A DNA stretch of 64,000 nt from Patellaria atrata CBS 101060 (lineage: Eukaryota). The notes under the pieces were generated by a model that saw only the letters and a list, made by a program, of their open reading frames with translations, did not search any database and was not told where the DNA came from. The position numbers and the translations under genes are program-made. The DNA is taken from positions 682,001 through 746,000 of the forward strand of contig MU006095.1 in the NCBI GenBank assembly GCA_010093705.1, read 5' to 3'. Shown piece by piece: positions 53,039 to 64,000 of the stretch (its first letter is position 1; each line of letters begins with the position of its first letter).

Positions 53039-53491
53039 TGTTTTGCCCCCGGGACTATGGTATGGACAGACACAGGAGAAATACCAATCGAAACACTTAG
53101 AGAGCATGATAGGATCTTGACTAGAGCAATTTCAGGCAAATACGGACTAAAATCTGACGAGGTTGTTGCGTTACCTGTCGAAGGTGGGAAGGTAGTTCTT
53201 TACGGCTTTAATGGCCAGCGCCCATTTTTCACCAGAAATCATGTTTTCCACACCACCACTGGACTAAGAGCAGTGGATCTGATCGCTGTAAAGATGGAGA
53301 ACCTGTGGCTTGAGGTTGGTAAATTACGCTGTGGTAATACGTTGCTATATACTAGCGACGGACGGTTCTGCGAGCATTTCACCATCTGGAGTCTTTTGAA
53401 TATTGTTGAAGAGTGTGATCATGTCTAGGGTATACACTTAAGAGAAAGCTTTCGAAGCTACCACGCTAACGGTTACCTCGTTCATCCAGAC
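53039..53491 (+). other. Hint (Hedgehog/intein) autoprocessing domain, ~151 codons, no homing endonuclease
   Basis: Block A G|CFAPGTMVWTDTGEIPIETLREHDRILT; block B FFTRNHVF (TxxH); block F/G HV*GIHLRESFRSYHANGYLVHPDY, where TAG at 53426-53428 replaces the Y of VY. Confidence 0.85.
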
Positions 53492-54042
53492 TATCCCGAG
53501 ATTACAATCAAGTCTATTGCTGACTCCATAAAACAACTCCCTATTGATCAAGGAGTTAGGATCCTAGGCTCTCTCAAAGAGCTAAAGCCAATCTTCCAGA
53601 GATTTGGGGGTGTCACAGTCGAACAGATTCTTTTGAGAGAAATTTCTAACGATGAGGTGCTTCGCAAGATGAAGCACAAGCCTACAGAGGATTTTGCCCC
53701 CCACCCTTGTACTTCCAAACGAGAAGCTACCAAGTCATCAGCATAAACGAGAATCATTCATGAGCATTATACCTTACCTATCCTTGATTGTCCTGACGGC
53801 GTCCTCTATATTGATGGCGAACCATGCACTAGGTCACGGATTCTTCGGCGCGGGTTCGCTTGGTCTCGCAAAATACGAGAGGCTCTATGGGAGCATGGAA
53901 TGTGCACATTTGGAGATGATCACTATCTCTTAAACGGCGATGGCTTTATATGGCTGTTCAAGGAGGAAAATCCAAAAGAATCTGACATCAAACCTATTCA
54001 GTTCTAAGTACGTTCTATATCTCTTTGGACACGATACACAAC

Positions 54043-54264
54043 AGAAGAAGTAGAAGAAGAAGAAGAAGAAGAAGAAGAAGAAGAAGAAGAAGAAGAAGAA
54101 GAANNNNNNNNNNNNNNNNNNNNNNNNNNNNNNNNNNNNNNNNNNNNNNNNNNNNNNNNNNNNNNNNNNNNNNNNNNNNNNNNNNNNNNNNNNNNNNNNN
54201 NNNAGAAGAAGAAGAAGAAGAAGAAGAAGAAGAAGAAGAAGAAGAAGAAGAAGAAGAAGAAGAA
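54043..54264 (+). repeat. (GAA)n microsatellite flanking a 100-N assembly gap (54104-54203)
   Basis: Pure GAA tracts on both sides of the N run, just after a GTACGT donor at 54008. Confidence 0.97.
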
Positions 54265-57200
54265 AAAGAAAAAGGCGAGCCTCGATTCTCTAAGATGGCA
54301 TGAAGTGAAGCTTTCCTACCGGAAGCTGGAGTGCTACCCAAACGACTTACAGAAAATCCGAATGGGTCGGAATTTGAGAAGCTATTGAAGTCAAATCCTG
54401 ACCTGCACAAATTGGTAGGGTCTGAGACGGCGTATCAGGAGAAAGCAAAACTTGCCGAGAAGGTTGAAGGACCAATCCCGCGAAGACCAGAGAATCTGAC
54501 AATCAATGTTAACGAGACCTACAAGGTGAAATATGACCCTGCGAATACGAGATCATGGCTGAGCCGAGCTTTGATGAGGATTTATTCAGCATAACTCGTT
54601 TTCTAATCGGTGATGATAAAGACGTGAAGACTCGTCTTTAAGGAATTCTTGAGCTAGACAAGATTGCCAAAGCGCGGCAGCGAAAGCTAGGCGCAACTGA
54701 ACCGATAAAATTCTATGAGTCGACGTTTACCTCTATCAGAAAGAATGTTATAGAGGCGTTGATTACGATTGTCAACTCAGAAACGCTTGCACTTACAGCG
54801 GACGGCAATGTGGATACAACTACTACACCACCAAGGATCAAATCTTTCACAAACCTTACTTTTAGGCAATCTAATAGTTCACTCGTGCTACCTTTCCTAT
54901 TCAGCAAGATTCAGTTTCGGCCAGACACACTACGTGGCACCTTCAGGGGTAAGATCACAGAGTACGAACCCGATTCCAAAAAAGCTTCTAAGGACAAAGG
55001 AACCCTACATTTTGTTTACGGAGAGCTTTTAAACGACTCACCATCTCCTCCAACGACCGCATAAGGAAGCACAAGCAGTGCAGCACCCACAGAACCTGGT
55101 AGTCTAGCACTACTCACCGGATCTGATAATGCGATAAATAAGATCAGGAGTGAAATTAATCTCATTAGCAACTTAGGCGTCAACTCTGACGACCTGAAGC
55201 AAGACGCGCAAGAATTAATTTACAAAGCGATGCTTTACCACATAGCCGACGAGGACCGAGAAAACATGACCGATGTTACGAAACTTCGGTAGGAAGCGAC
55301 CTAAACCTGCCTGACATTCTCCCGACCGAGTTGGGTGATGAATTGGACGATGATCTCAAATAATGGCTCAAGAGTACATGTTGCATTGCATATCCAGCAC
55401 ATAATCTACCGGAGTTGAGCAAGTCGAAACAGGAGGCTTTCAAAAATGTCTTCACTGACACTGAACTTAAGCGTCTTGACTACTTCTGGCGCGGTAAGGG
55501 TGCTAACTGCCTCAGCAGGAGGCCGGAATATAATTGACTAAATTCTTTCGTTACGACTATCGCCTTCCGTAGACATGTTCCACAAATCATAAACTACATC
55601 GGGGATAGAAAGAAAGAGGATGTCATTGATGAGAATGGTAACACCGTGAAGAATGTGAATGGTGGGAAAAAGTGGGCATATCTGTATTATCACCAGATCA
55701 CCTGGAAAGACTACATCGAGGGTATTATTACTCAATGTCAATACACCGATTTCACCGTAAGTACTGTACTCGGTAGTCTTCATATCAAAATGCTTATTCG
55801 TAAGGGATCTTAATCCACTAGAGTAGCACAGTACTGTGCTCCATGCGCTCTGGGCTGAACCACTTGGGTGCGCTGATGGATGGGGCTGGGCTCGCAAAAC
55901 TCCTCGCGGCAATGGTCCATCGTAATGTAAGGGAAAAAAAAATCGTTTTAGGTATGCACTGTTAGAAGACGTGGCTACGATGAAGAATGGCTTGCGGAAT
56001 TACTTCAAGGCTATCATTGACATTCTTCTGGATGAACGCAAAGCGACTGCAGCGGGTATCTATCCTAATGTCAGAGAGGTCATTTTAAAAGACCTCCTGA
56101 GAATAACAGAGTAGAACCAAGATCAGACCAGGGTCAATAAGTTCACGGATGAGCAGAAGTATGTTATAGTCCTTTGTTGTTGATCACTTATAAGGCCAAA
56201 TCGGTGTTACTTGGTCTTATTGCTTAGAGCGCAGATGCTTATGACTCTTTACCCCGGAGTGACGGCATTTGTAGAGGCCAGCGCGCCGTTAGTGAAGCGT
56301 GGATTCTCTTGGATCCTAACCGGTGTGCGACGTGCTATCAATAGAGGAAACGCGGAAAATATCGCCGAAGACATAATCGAACTCGTTCCTCGTGCTGGTC
56401 AACCTGCGGCTGGCATACCTCCACGAGCTGCTGGTGATGCGCCTCAACCTGTTCCTGCTGCTGGGTAATTTGGCGATGCTGCTGGAGACGCTACTGGGAA
56501 TGTGGGCGAGGCTGGACGAGGTGTATCGAAATGGACCAAAGCTAGAGCAGCGGTAGGATTCATTCTTACCATAGCTGCAGTAAGCGACCTCAGAGTAATG
56601 AAGTCAAAGAAATGACAGAACTGACATTCCTTCAGGTCGCCTACGTATTTTATGGCAGTCGAGATCCTTGGGGCCACACCAATGACCTTGGTCATGTGGA
56701 TAGAGGTATTCTCGTCACTTTTGGCCTACAAACATTGAGTACTTTCACTCTTCCCGCACACTCATCGGCGAAGGTATATTACGGATGGGGAAAATTCCCT
56801 GCGCAGCAAGCCGCCGCAGCCATGGAAGCTGATCGCCAAGCCGCTGGCCGCATCGCGAATGCCTCAGTAGAAAGAGTAGTAGCAATGAATTCACATCTCG
56901 AAGCAGTGGCCGCGAACCCGGGCGCAGCACAACGAGCCAACGCAGCAAACGCCAATGAGTTAGCACAAGCGGCCCACCAACCTGCCAATGCCAGCGAGGC
57001 GATGCCTTCAAGCAAGGGACCTAGACCTAGTAAATGGGCTACATTCAAAGGGAAGTTCTGAATGCGCTTCAACGTCGCCGAAACGACCCTTCGTTCCGTT
57101 GCTATCGCAATCTCGGTCGTTATGCTCGTGTTCTCCTGCATTTCCGCCGCGCAGAACTAGGATAAACTCGACACAATGGAGAAGTGGCTGACAGTTCTCA

Positions 57201-58166
57201 GCTTGGTTGTGCAGCTCGTCAGCGTTGTACTAGACATCATCGTGCTTTTCTGCTGTATATCACCGTTTTGACCCATCGGCGTGGCAGTCGTCGGTATCAT
57301 TATCATGATAATCATAGACCACCACCAAAAAAAGAAGTCTCCATCCGAGGGTCCGATTCAGAAATGGTTCCGCGAAAAAGGAAGGCCATTCTTCGATAAG
57401 CTCGACGTCCCACCCCCGCCACATTTCAACTGGACACCCAGCACCACTAAGGTGGAGGTGGGGAAAGATACCACGCTGACGATCAAGGGGACACCGTACG
57501 ACGGCCACCGCAACAAGCTAACCAAAAACTTCTACAGTGTCAGGATCAACTTCATCTCGAACAAGAGTCTCTCATCCACGCTCTTCGAATCCGAGAAGCG
57601 TTCCGAGGAGAAGTCAGAGCAGAGCTCCAGCGTAGGGATGAACGAAGTCGCTCTTTCGTATCCCGCGTCCATCACCAAAGACGTCGATGCCTCGCTCATC
57701 CAGCACAGCGTTTTTTCTCGAAAACGGCGCAATGGCAGGCGTCTATCGAGCATAAAGACCGCGGCAACCTCCGCACGTTGTATAAGGGTTTTATTCCGTA
57801 CATCGACATCGCGCCGGGCAGGGCCAAGATCGCGGTCATGGTTCGTGGCAAGATCGCCAAGATGTGGGATAGGAAGGGCGGCGCGGAGCAGGGCGATGGC
57901 AGGATTCCGCCGTGGGCGAAATATACCATCATGATGTAGGAGTTGTATGCGGATGAGAAGGGTTTGCTGAGCGAGATGAAGGAGACGTTGTTGGGTTTGG
58001 AGAAGGTTTGATGATTGAAAGAAGGGTGGAAACGTAAAATTTACGATCTGAGCAAGGGGTATAGGCATAGTGCGAATCAGTGTAAACAAACATAAGTGTA
58101 TAGTTTGATTATTCCAAACATGTACCTCAAGCTCTAGTTGTGTGAATACCAATGCGCTCAACCACG

Positions 58167-59253
58167 TTACGCCCACCCGAAAACCGACCACCAACACGTA
58201 ACCTCATCTTGCCTCTCGCTTCCACTAGGATCCCAACCCCAGTCATCGTAGCCTGTCTCTTCGCCTTCGTCAAGCACCTTCAATCCCGCGTCCCGCATCC
58301 GTTGCCGAAAGTCCTTGATTTCCGGCGAATACGCTTCCCGTAGCGGAAGCTCTACCACCACCCTCGCATCAGGATCGGCAGAGAGCCATTTCGAGATTGT
58401 GGTGACGAGGAGACGCGGATGTTCGGGCGAGTAGAGCGGATCGGCTGCAAGGATTATGGGAAAGTCTGATGGGTGAGATGACATTGTTGCAGACACGGGA
58501 GTAAGGATATCAGGCTGTGTCCAGTCCAGAACGGCAACTTCGGTGCAGCCGCCGTCGGCTTCGATGACTTCCCAGTTCGCGTCGGCGTTGCGCTTGAGGT
58601 TTGGCACTATCTCGGGGAGATCAGTAAGGAGGACTGATGCGCCCAGGAGTGCGGCCGCAGCCATGCCGACAAGTCCGGTCCCTGAGCCGAGTTCGAGGAT
58701 AGCGACATCCTCTTTCTGCGGGAAGGGGAAGTGTCGAAGTCTCTTGGCTAGCAAGTAAGACGACGCCCACGTCTTCAGGCCGAGATTGTCTGCGGTCAAT
58801 GCAGGTTCGTGGATGGAAATGCTTATGTAGCCAGTACCGGTAGGTATGCGGAATGTGCGCTCTATGGCCGGCATCGCTGTTCTACCAGAGCGTTCCGCTA
58901 GTCTAAGACTGGCTTGCTCCCAGATGGTTTCCTTGAGACTGTCGTCTTCTATCCAGCCTAGCTCATTTCCGACGATGCTAGTTAAATATCTTGTCACTCC
59001 TGCAGGGTCGACGGTCCGACGATTGGTAGACCCATTGACCCGATTTCCTTTACTGCGTCGAATGACAATGGGCGAATCTTCCGAATCACTCGCATCCCAC
59101 GAAGGGGGCTGTGAGACAAGAAGAGCAAGTGCGTCCAATAGAGCTACTGCGCTCGGCTTGGAGTATATTTGGGGGAGGTCGAATACTGATATTGTTATAA
59201 TATGGTCAGAAACGTAAAGTGAGATACCCACCATGCAATATTTGATGCTCCAT
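58167..59253 (-). CDS. EFM2: Protein-lysine N-methyltransferase, Methyltransf_16 family (EFM2/rrg1-like)
   Basis: HEPALTADNLGLKTWASSYLL, ILELGSGTGLVG, LLTDLPEI, LDW and ADPLYSPEHP. The first exon MEHQILH (ATG 59253) splices to VFDLPQ. Confidence 0.8.
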
Positions 59254-59499
59254 GCTCTTAGAAATTCTCTTTTGTTATATTGGCATGCTATCTCCTTGGT
59301 CGGCTCTATGGCGATATCCAGTACTAATCAAGAGAAAATGTTATACTTAGCGACAATGGATCTCAGTAGTCCGTCCGAAGTATTTCCGACGCAGTGGGTC
59401 AATATGTGTTAGGGGTTATTCAACGTCCCTTATACAGTGTACCGCGTCTATACTATACGAGACGAAAGGATAGTACTTCAGCGATTGCACTTCCAAAAG

Positions 59500-60309
59500 C
59501 TATAAGGTAGCCTTGAAGCCATAATATGCTTGCTCCATATCGAATTGAAACTCTCTCGCTTGAGCCTCATCTAGCTTATCAGCAGCGCGCATCTGGTTCA
59601 GAGTGATGAGCCATTGTATGATCTTCCCCTTGCTTTCGAACTCCTTGTCTGTGACTTTATTGACCGCTTGGATGATCTCCACGAGTAATGGATGTAAGGT
59701 ATCCTTCTCGACTAACCCGATCTTGATGGCATCCAAGAGAGTAATAAAGTTTTCTGTAGCGGCTACGACCAGGGAAGCAGCGGCAGCTTCGGTGCCCGGT
59801 TGAACGGGTTTGTGGAATGGTTGCTCGACTGTCGCGGGGATACCGACTCGGATACGCTCAGTCGCTCTGGGGCATTCTAGCTATGGCTTCGGATTAGCAT
59901 TAATCCCGGCTACTATGGTTATTTGAAGATGTACATTCCACTCCCGCTTGAAGTTTTCTAGATCCCCAAATTCCCGGAGAACGTTCTCATCTGCGAGATT
60001 GGATTTGTACTGTTTCAGGAGACGGCTGCAAGTCTCAGTGTACTCGCTTTCGGTAACTGAGTCTTTCAGGTAAGCTTTTTCGATAGAGTCCAGAGTGAGG
60101 ATTATGCTATAGACTTCGGCGAGCGTCTCATACAGATCTCTCTCGGCGTTCGTTGCGTATAGCTTAACTTCCTGTATCTACGGTCAGGGTTGACGTCCAG
60201 ATGGGAACAAGTAGGGTTTAAGACTTACTTCGTCAAGATTGATAGTAGAGGAAGTTGGGACATAGCTATATGGAGTCGGCGCGTACGCTAACTGACGAGA
60301 GCTGTACAT
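59500..60309 (-). CDS. VPS28: ESCRT-I subunit Vps28 (3 exons)
   Basis: MYSSRQLAYAPTPYSY..INLDE|EVKL...ERDLYETLAEVYSIILTLDSIEKAYLKDS...ATENFITLLDAIK...IIQWLITLNQMRA...FDMEQAYYGFKATL. Confidence 0.95.
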
Positions 60310-60494
60310 TCTTAATAAATCTGATAACACGCCAATAAATAGGGACCATGGTGGTCTTCAAGCTCCCAGGGCTCCGTATGAGTCTCCGCAGCTCCCTGAC
60401 TCGCGGAGCACCTCGCAAATCTTGGCGTAGACAAAATTTCGACCGCCGCTAAATTGAACATCCCAAACTCGTAATAGCAACAGTATAACCCACA
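60310..60494. promoter_or_regulatory. Short bidirectional promoter between VPS28 and NOC2
   Basis: Divergent ATGs 185 bp apart. Contains AAAATTTC (RRPE-like) at ~60433. Confidence 0.5.
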
Positions 60495-62847
60495 ATGCCT
60501 CAAACAAAAGCTACCAGGAAGTTTGAAAAGAATAAGCTCAAAGATGTTTTGAAGAGAAGAAAAGAGGGTGCAAAATTTAAGCAGAAGGTGCAATTGAAGG
60601 AGAAAAAGAAGGCTAAGAGAGCGAAAGAAAATGCTCGTGCAGAAGATCTCGAGGATGGGCCAAAGAAAGCACAGCCGGGTAACAATCCATTTGGGGAGAT
60701 GACCGTAGATGAGTTCTTCCAAGGCGGATTCGACATCCCAGAGCTTCATGGTAGCAAATCTAAAAAGAAGGCATCGAAGGAGTCGCAACAGAAGAGTCGC
60801 AAGAGAAAACGTACACCACCCGAGGACAAGGATGATGGCTCTGACACATCAATGGTGGATGGAGGTGCGCCAATCCAGGACAACTCTGAACATAGCTCAG
60901 ATGAGGATGTGGAGGATCACAAGGAGCAATTGAATGCTTTGGCCAAGAAAGATCCTGAATTTTACAGATTCTTGCAGGAGGAGGATGCTGAGCTACTCAA
61001 CTTTGACGAAAATGCCGACCTCGCAGAAATCGATGACTTGAGCGCCAGTGAGGAGGATGAACCTCGAAAGAAGCAAAAGAAGAGTAAGAAGAGCAAGGAG
61101 CAGGAGATGAATATAGACACGGACGAGGAGCTCGGCACGGGCGCAACCAACGAGGTAACCCAAGGGATGGTCAAGAAGTGGAAGGCGGCGATGGTAGAGC
61201 AGAACTCTTTAAGGTCGACAAGAGAAGTAGTGCTCGCCTTCCGTGCTGCAGCGCACCTTAACGAGGACGGGAAAGAGTTTAAATATAGTATCTCCAATTC
61301 GGAAGTTTACCATGATCTGCTCCTCGTAGCACTCTCTCATGTTCCAGAGGTTTTATATCACCATCTACCAGTCAAGGAGACCGCTGGGGGCAAAGTGTAA
61401 GTACAACAGTCATCCAAGAACCGTATCGTCACTGACGTCGTACAGGCGAGTGCCGACAGATTCGAAGAAATACAAATCTCTCAGTACTCTGTTGAAGTCC
61501 CACGCAACGTCTATACACCATTTGCTTGAAAACCTTTCAGATGCCTCGGCCTTGAGACTCACGCTCAGTTCACTACTACCCCTACTTCCTTATACCCTCT
61601 CCTTTAAGAAGCTTGTTCGTGATCTAGCAAGGGCTGTAATAGATGTCTGGTCAGATTCTTCAAACGCCGAAGCAACAAGAATCGCAGCTTTCCTAGTTCT
61701 GCGGCGACTCGTCGTAATCGGCGACCCCAGCATCAAAGAAGCGGTCCTCAAATCTACATACCAAGGCCTCGTCAAGGGGTCGCGCAACACGACCGTCCAC
61801 TCCATCACCGGTGTGAATCTTATGAAAAACTCCGCCGCCGAACTCTGGGGTCTCGATCCCAGCTTAGGTTACACGACTGGCTTCACCTTCATCCGCCAGC
61901 TCGCCATCCACCTGCGCTCATCCCTCACCAACAACTCGAACGAATCCTACAAGGCCGTCTACAACTGGCAGTTTGTGCACTCCCTCGATTTCTGGTCACG
62001 CGTCCTCTCCCTCCACTGCGAGTCTCTGCGCGAAGCCCAATCCAGCAAAGAGTCGCCCCTACGGCCACTCATCTACCCAACGGTGCAGATCACACTGGGG
62101 ACCATGCGTCTCATCCCAACAGCGCAGTACTTCCCCCTCCGCTTCCACCTTATCCGCGCCCTCCTCCGCATATCCCTAGCCACTCACACCTACATCCCGC
62201 TCGCCCCCTCCCTCCTCGAAGTCCTCAACGCCACCGAGATGAAAAAGCCCCCCAAAAACTCGACCCTCAAGCCCCTCGACTTCAGCACCGCCTACCACGC
62301 GCCGAAATCATACCTCCGCACGCGCGTCTACCAAGACGGCCTCGGCGACCAGGTCTGCGAATTACTCTCCGAATTCTTCTTCCTGTGGACTAAATCCATC
62401 GCTTTTCCTGAGCTCGCGTTGCCCGTTGTCGTGATGCTGAAGCGCTGGCTCAAGACTGCCTCTAATCGGGATACCGGGAATAAGAACGGCAAGGTCAATT
62501 CGATGATGGGCGTGCTGGTGCAGAAGCTCGAGGCGAATGGTAGGTGGATCGAGGAGAGGAGGGCGAGGGTGGAGTTTGCGCCGAATGATAGGGCGGGCGT
62601 GGACGGATTCTTGAGGGAGGAGGCGTGGGAGGGGAGTCCGTTGGGCGCTTTCGTAGTTGGGCAGAGGAAGGGGAGGGAGGAGAAGGCGAAGGTTGTGGAG
62701 GAAGGGAGGAGGGAGGAGGAGAGGAAAAGGAAGATGGAAAGGAAGGAGGAGAAGGAGGATGGGGAGGAGTTTGGAGGGTTCGAGGAGGAGAGTGGAACTG
62801 GGAGCGGGAGTGAGAGCGAGGAGGGTAGTGATAGAGAGAGTGATTAG
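60495..62847 (+). CDS. NOC2: Nucleolar complex protein 2 (ribosome biogenesis), 2 exons
   Basis: KATRKFEKNKLKDVL, LAKKDPEFYRFLQEED, NLMKNSAAELW, FTFIRQLAIHLR, VYNWQFVHSLDFW, YFPLRFH and SIAFPEL. Intron at ~61397-61445. Confidence 0.96.
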
Positions 62848-63682
62848 GAGTGACTCCACTGGAATGAGTTGTCTAGTCAGGGGCTTTATACTAAACCTTC
62901 CATGAAGCAGAATTAACAACTTCCATCTCAAAGAATCTGTGAATATCAATTAAAGTAGGAGGCAAAGTGGCAAGAATGATGAGGCAGCTTTGCCGGTCCT
63001 GAATATCACGGAATGCACTGGGAGGTCACAGAGTACGTATTAAACGTCGCATGAACAGAATGTTACCGAGTTCAATTGAAAGGGTTCTCAGTGTATTCTT
63101 TACCTGACATGTGTAAGATGGTATTGCGTAGTGATATTTTCTATCTAGACGTCTAATGGAACGAATTACCGAAGTCCACTTCAAGAGATCTCAGCGAGTT
63201 CATTGTCTCGACGTGTTTGAGGTAATAATGCGGTGTAAATAGAAAAGATACGCGTTGAATCAGCAAAGATAGAAGATAGTCAACCACAACACATTATCAA
63301 CCACTAAACTCAATAGGGAGCTTTTGTGTATTTTTCATAATAGATCAACATGGAGTTACTCCACACGGCTAGTATCACCCGAAGGTGTGATCCACTAGCC
63401 AGCAAAGCGAGATCCGAGAGAAGGTCAGAAAACAGACAACCCGCAAAGCACACTCATAAAGCCAAGAAATCAGAACAGCGGGTATTATCCGACAGATGCC
63501 GTCAGAGACAGAGTCCGAGGGTGATGCTGTATCCCCATAAACTCCATAGACCGATACGCCATGCTAAGTAAGCATGTTGAGGCCACCACCTGACCCAAGA
63601 TGGACCATGACGATCATTTCCTGATAATATTACGAAACAAGAGAAAGAGATTGGGAGAGATTGAAGACGACCTTGATCACGC

Positions 63683-64000
63683 TCAGAGACGCTTGCCAGG
63701 GACGAAGATGAAAAGGGAGCAGAGGGCTGCATCGATGAGGATGATTTCCACGAGGAGCATCCAGGCGCGTTTATTTAGAAGGCGACGAACGTAGGGTTCG
63801 CGGATGCGCGAGTAGGACATGAAGGTGTACTCGCTGAAGCCAACCAGTGCGATGATCGGATCGAGCATGTATTGGTGAGATGCTAAAGCGTATACGCCAA
63901 TAGTGAAAGGTAATATGACCTAATTCATAATTAGAAATATGTAGAATCCTAATCGTGCGGTTTACTCACCCAGGACCTCGTGCTACGTGAATAGTTGAGG
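63683..64000 (-). CDS. 3' end of a hypothetical fungal membrane protein (continues beyond the window)
   Basis: LNYSRSTRSW|VILPFTIGVYAL...SYSRIREPYVRRLLNKRAWMLLVEIILIDAALCSLFIFVPGKRL*, with a GTGAGT..TAG intron at ~63920-63969. Confidence 0.6.

Larger units (their letters stand above)
51160..58011 (+). pseudogene. Very large (~2000 codon) Hint-domain protein with a hydrophobic C-terminal half, inactivated by many stops and frameshifts
   Basis: Colinear plus-strand fragments from ~51.2 to 58.0 kb with in-frame TAA/TAG/TGA and intron signals. Hint domain at 53039-53491 and hydrophobic helices at ~56550-57310. The 5' end is approximate. Confidence 0.7.

Noticed and set aside
53039..53491. Mobile intein with homing endonuclease
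   Set aside because: Only ~151 codons, no LAGLIDADG or HNH insert, and no canonical HN-C/S/T junction.
54015..54410. Poly-Ser/Leu and poly-Arg/Glu ORFs
   Set aside because: Artefacts of translating the (GAA)n tract and the N gap.

Overview
Intron-rich genomic DNA from a filamentous ascomycete (Pezizomycotina-like; GT..AG introns of about 42-90 nt with CTAAC-type branch sites). Recognisable genes: an SREBP-type bHLH factor, a small TM RING-H2 ligase missed by the ORF track, an F-box protein, a GH43 galactanase, an M43 metalloprotease, a DUF1996 protein, DUR3, a CNT nucleoside transporter, xylitol dehydrogenase, an EFM2-like methyltransferase, VPS28 and NOC2. Several accessory genes are decayed. 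The main find is a compact three-gene cluster at 29455-36823 that looks like a self-contained pathway to make, import and transfer an unusual nucleotide-activated sugar. It encodes (i) an APH-fold kinase fused to a degenerate nucleotidyltransferase, (ii) head-to-head with it, a paralogous intact nucleotidyltransferase fused to a HAD phosphatase and preceded by a kinase remnant, and (iii) a nucleotide-sugar transporter fused to a lumenal DUF288/STELLO-like domain. The enzymes resemble bacterial and phage capsule-modification proteins. A second highlight is a ~6.8 kb pseudogenised gene with an internal Hint (intein-like) domain and a toxin-like hydrophobic C-terminal half. All calls come from reading motifs by eye; no database searches were run.
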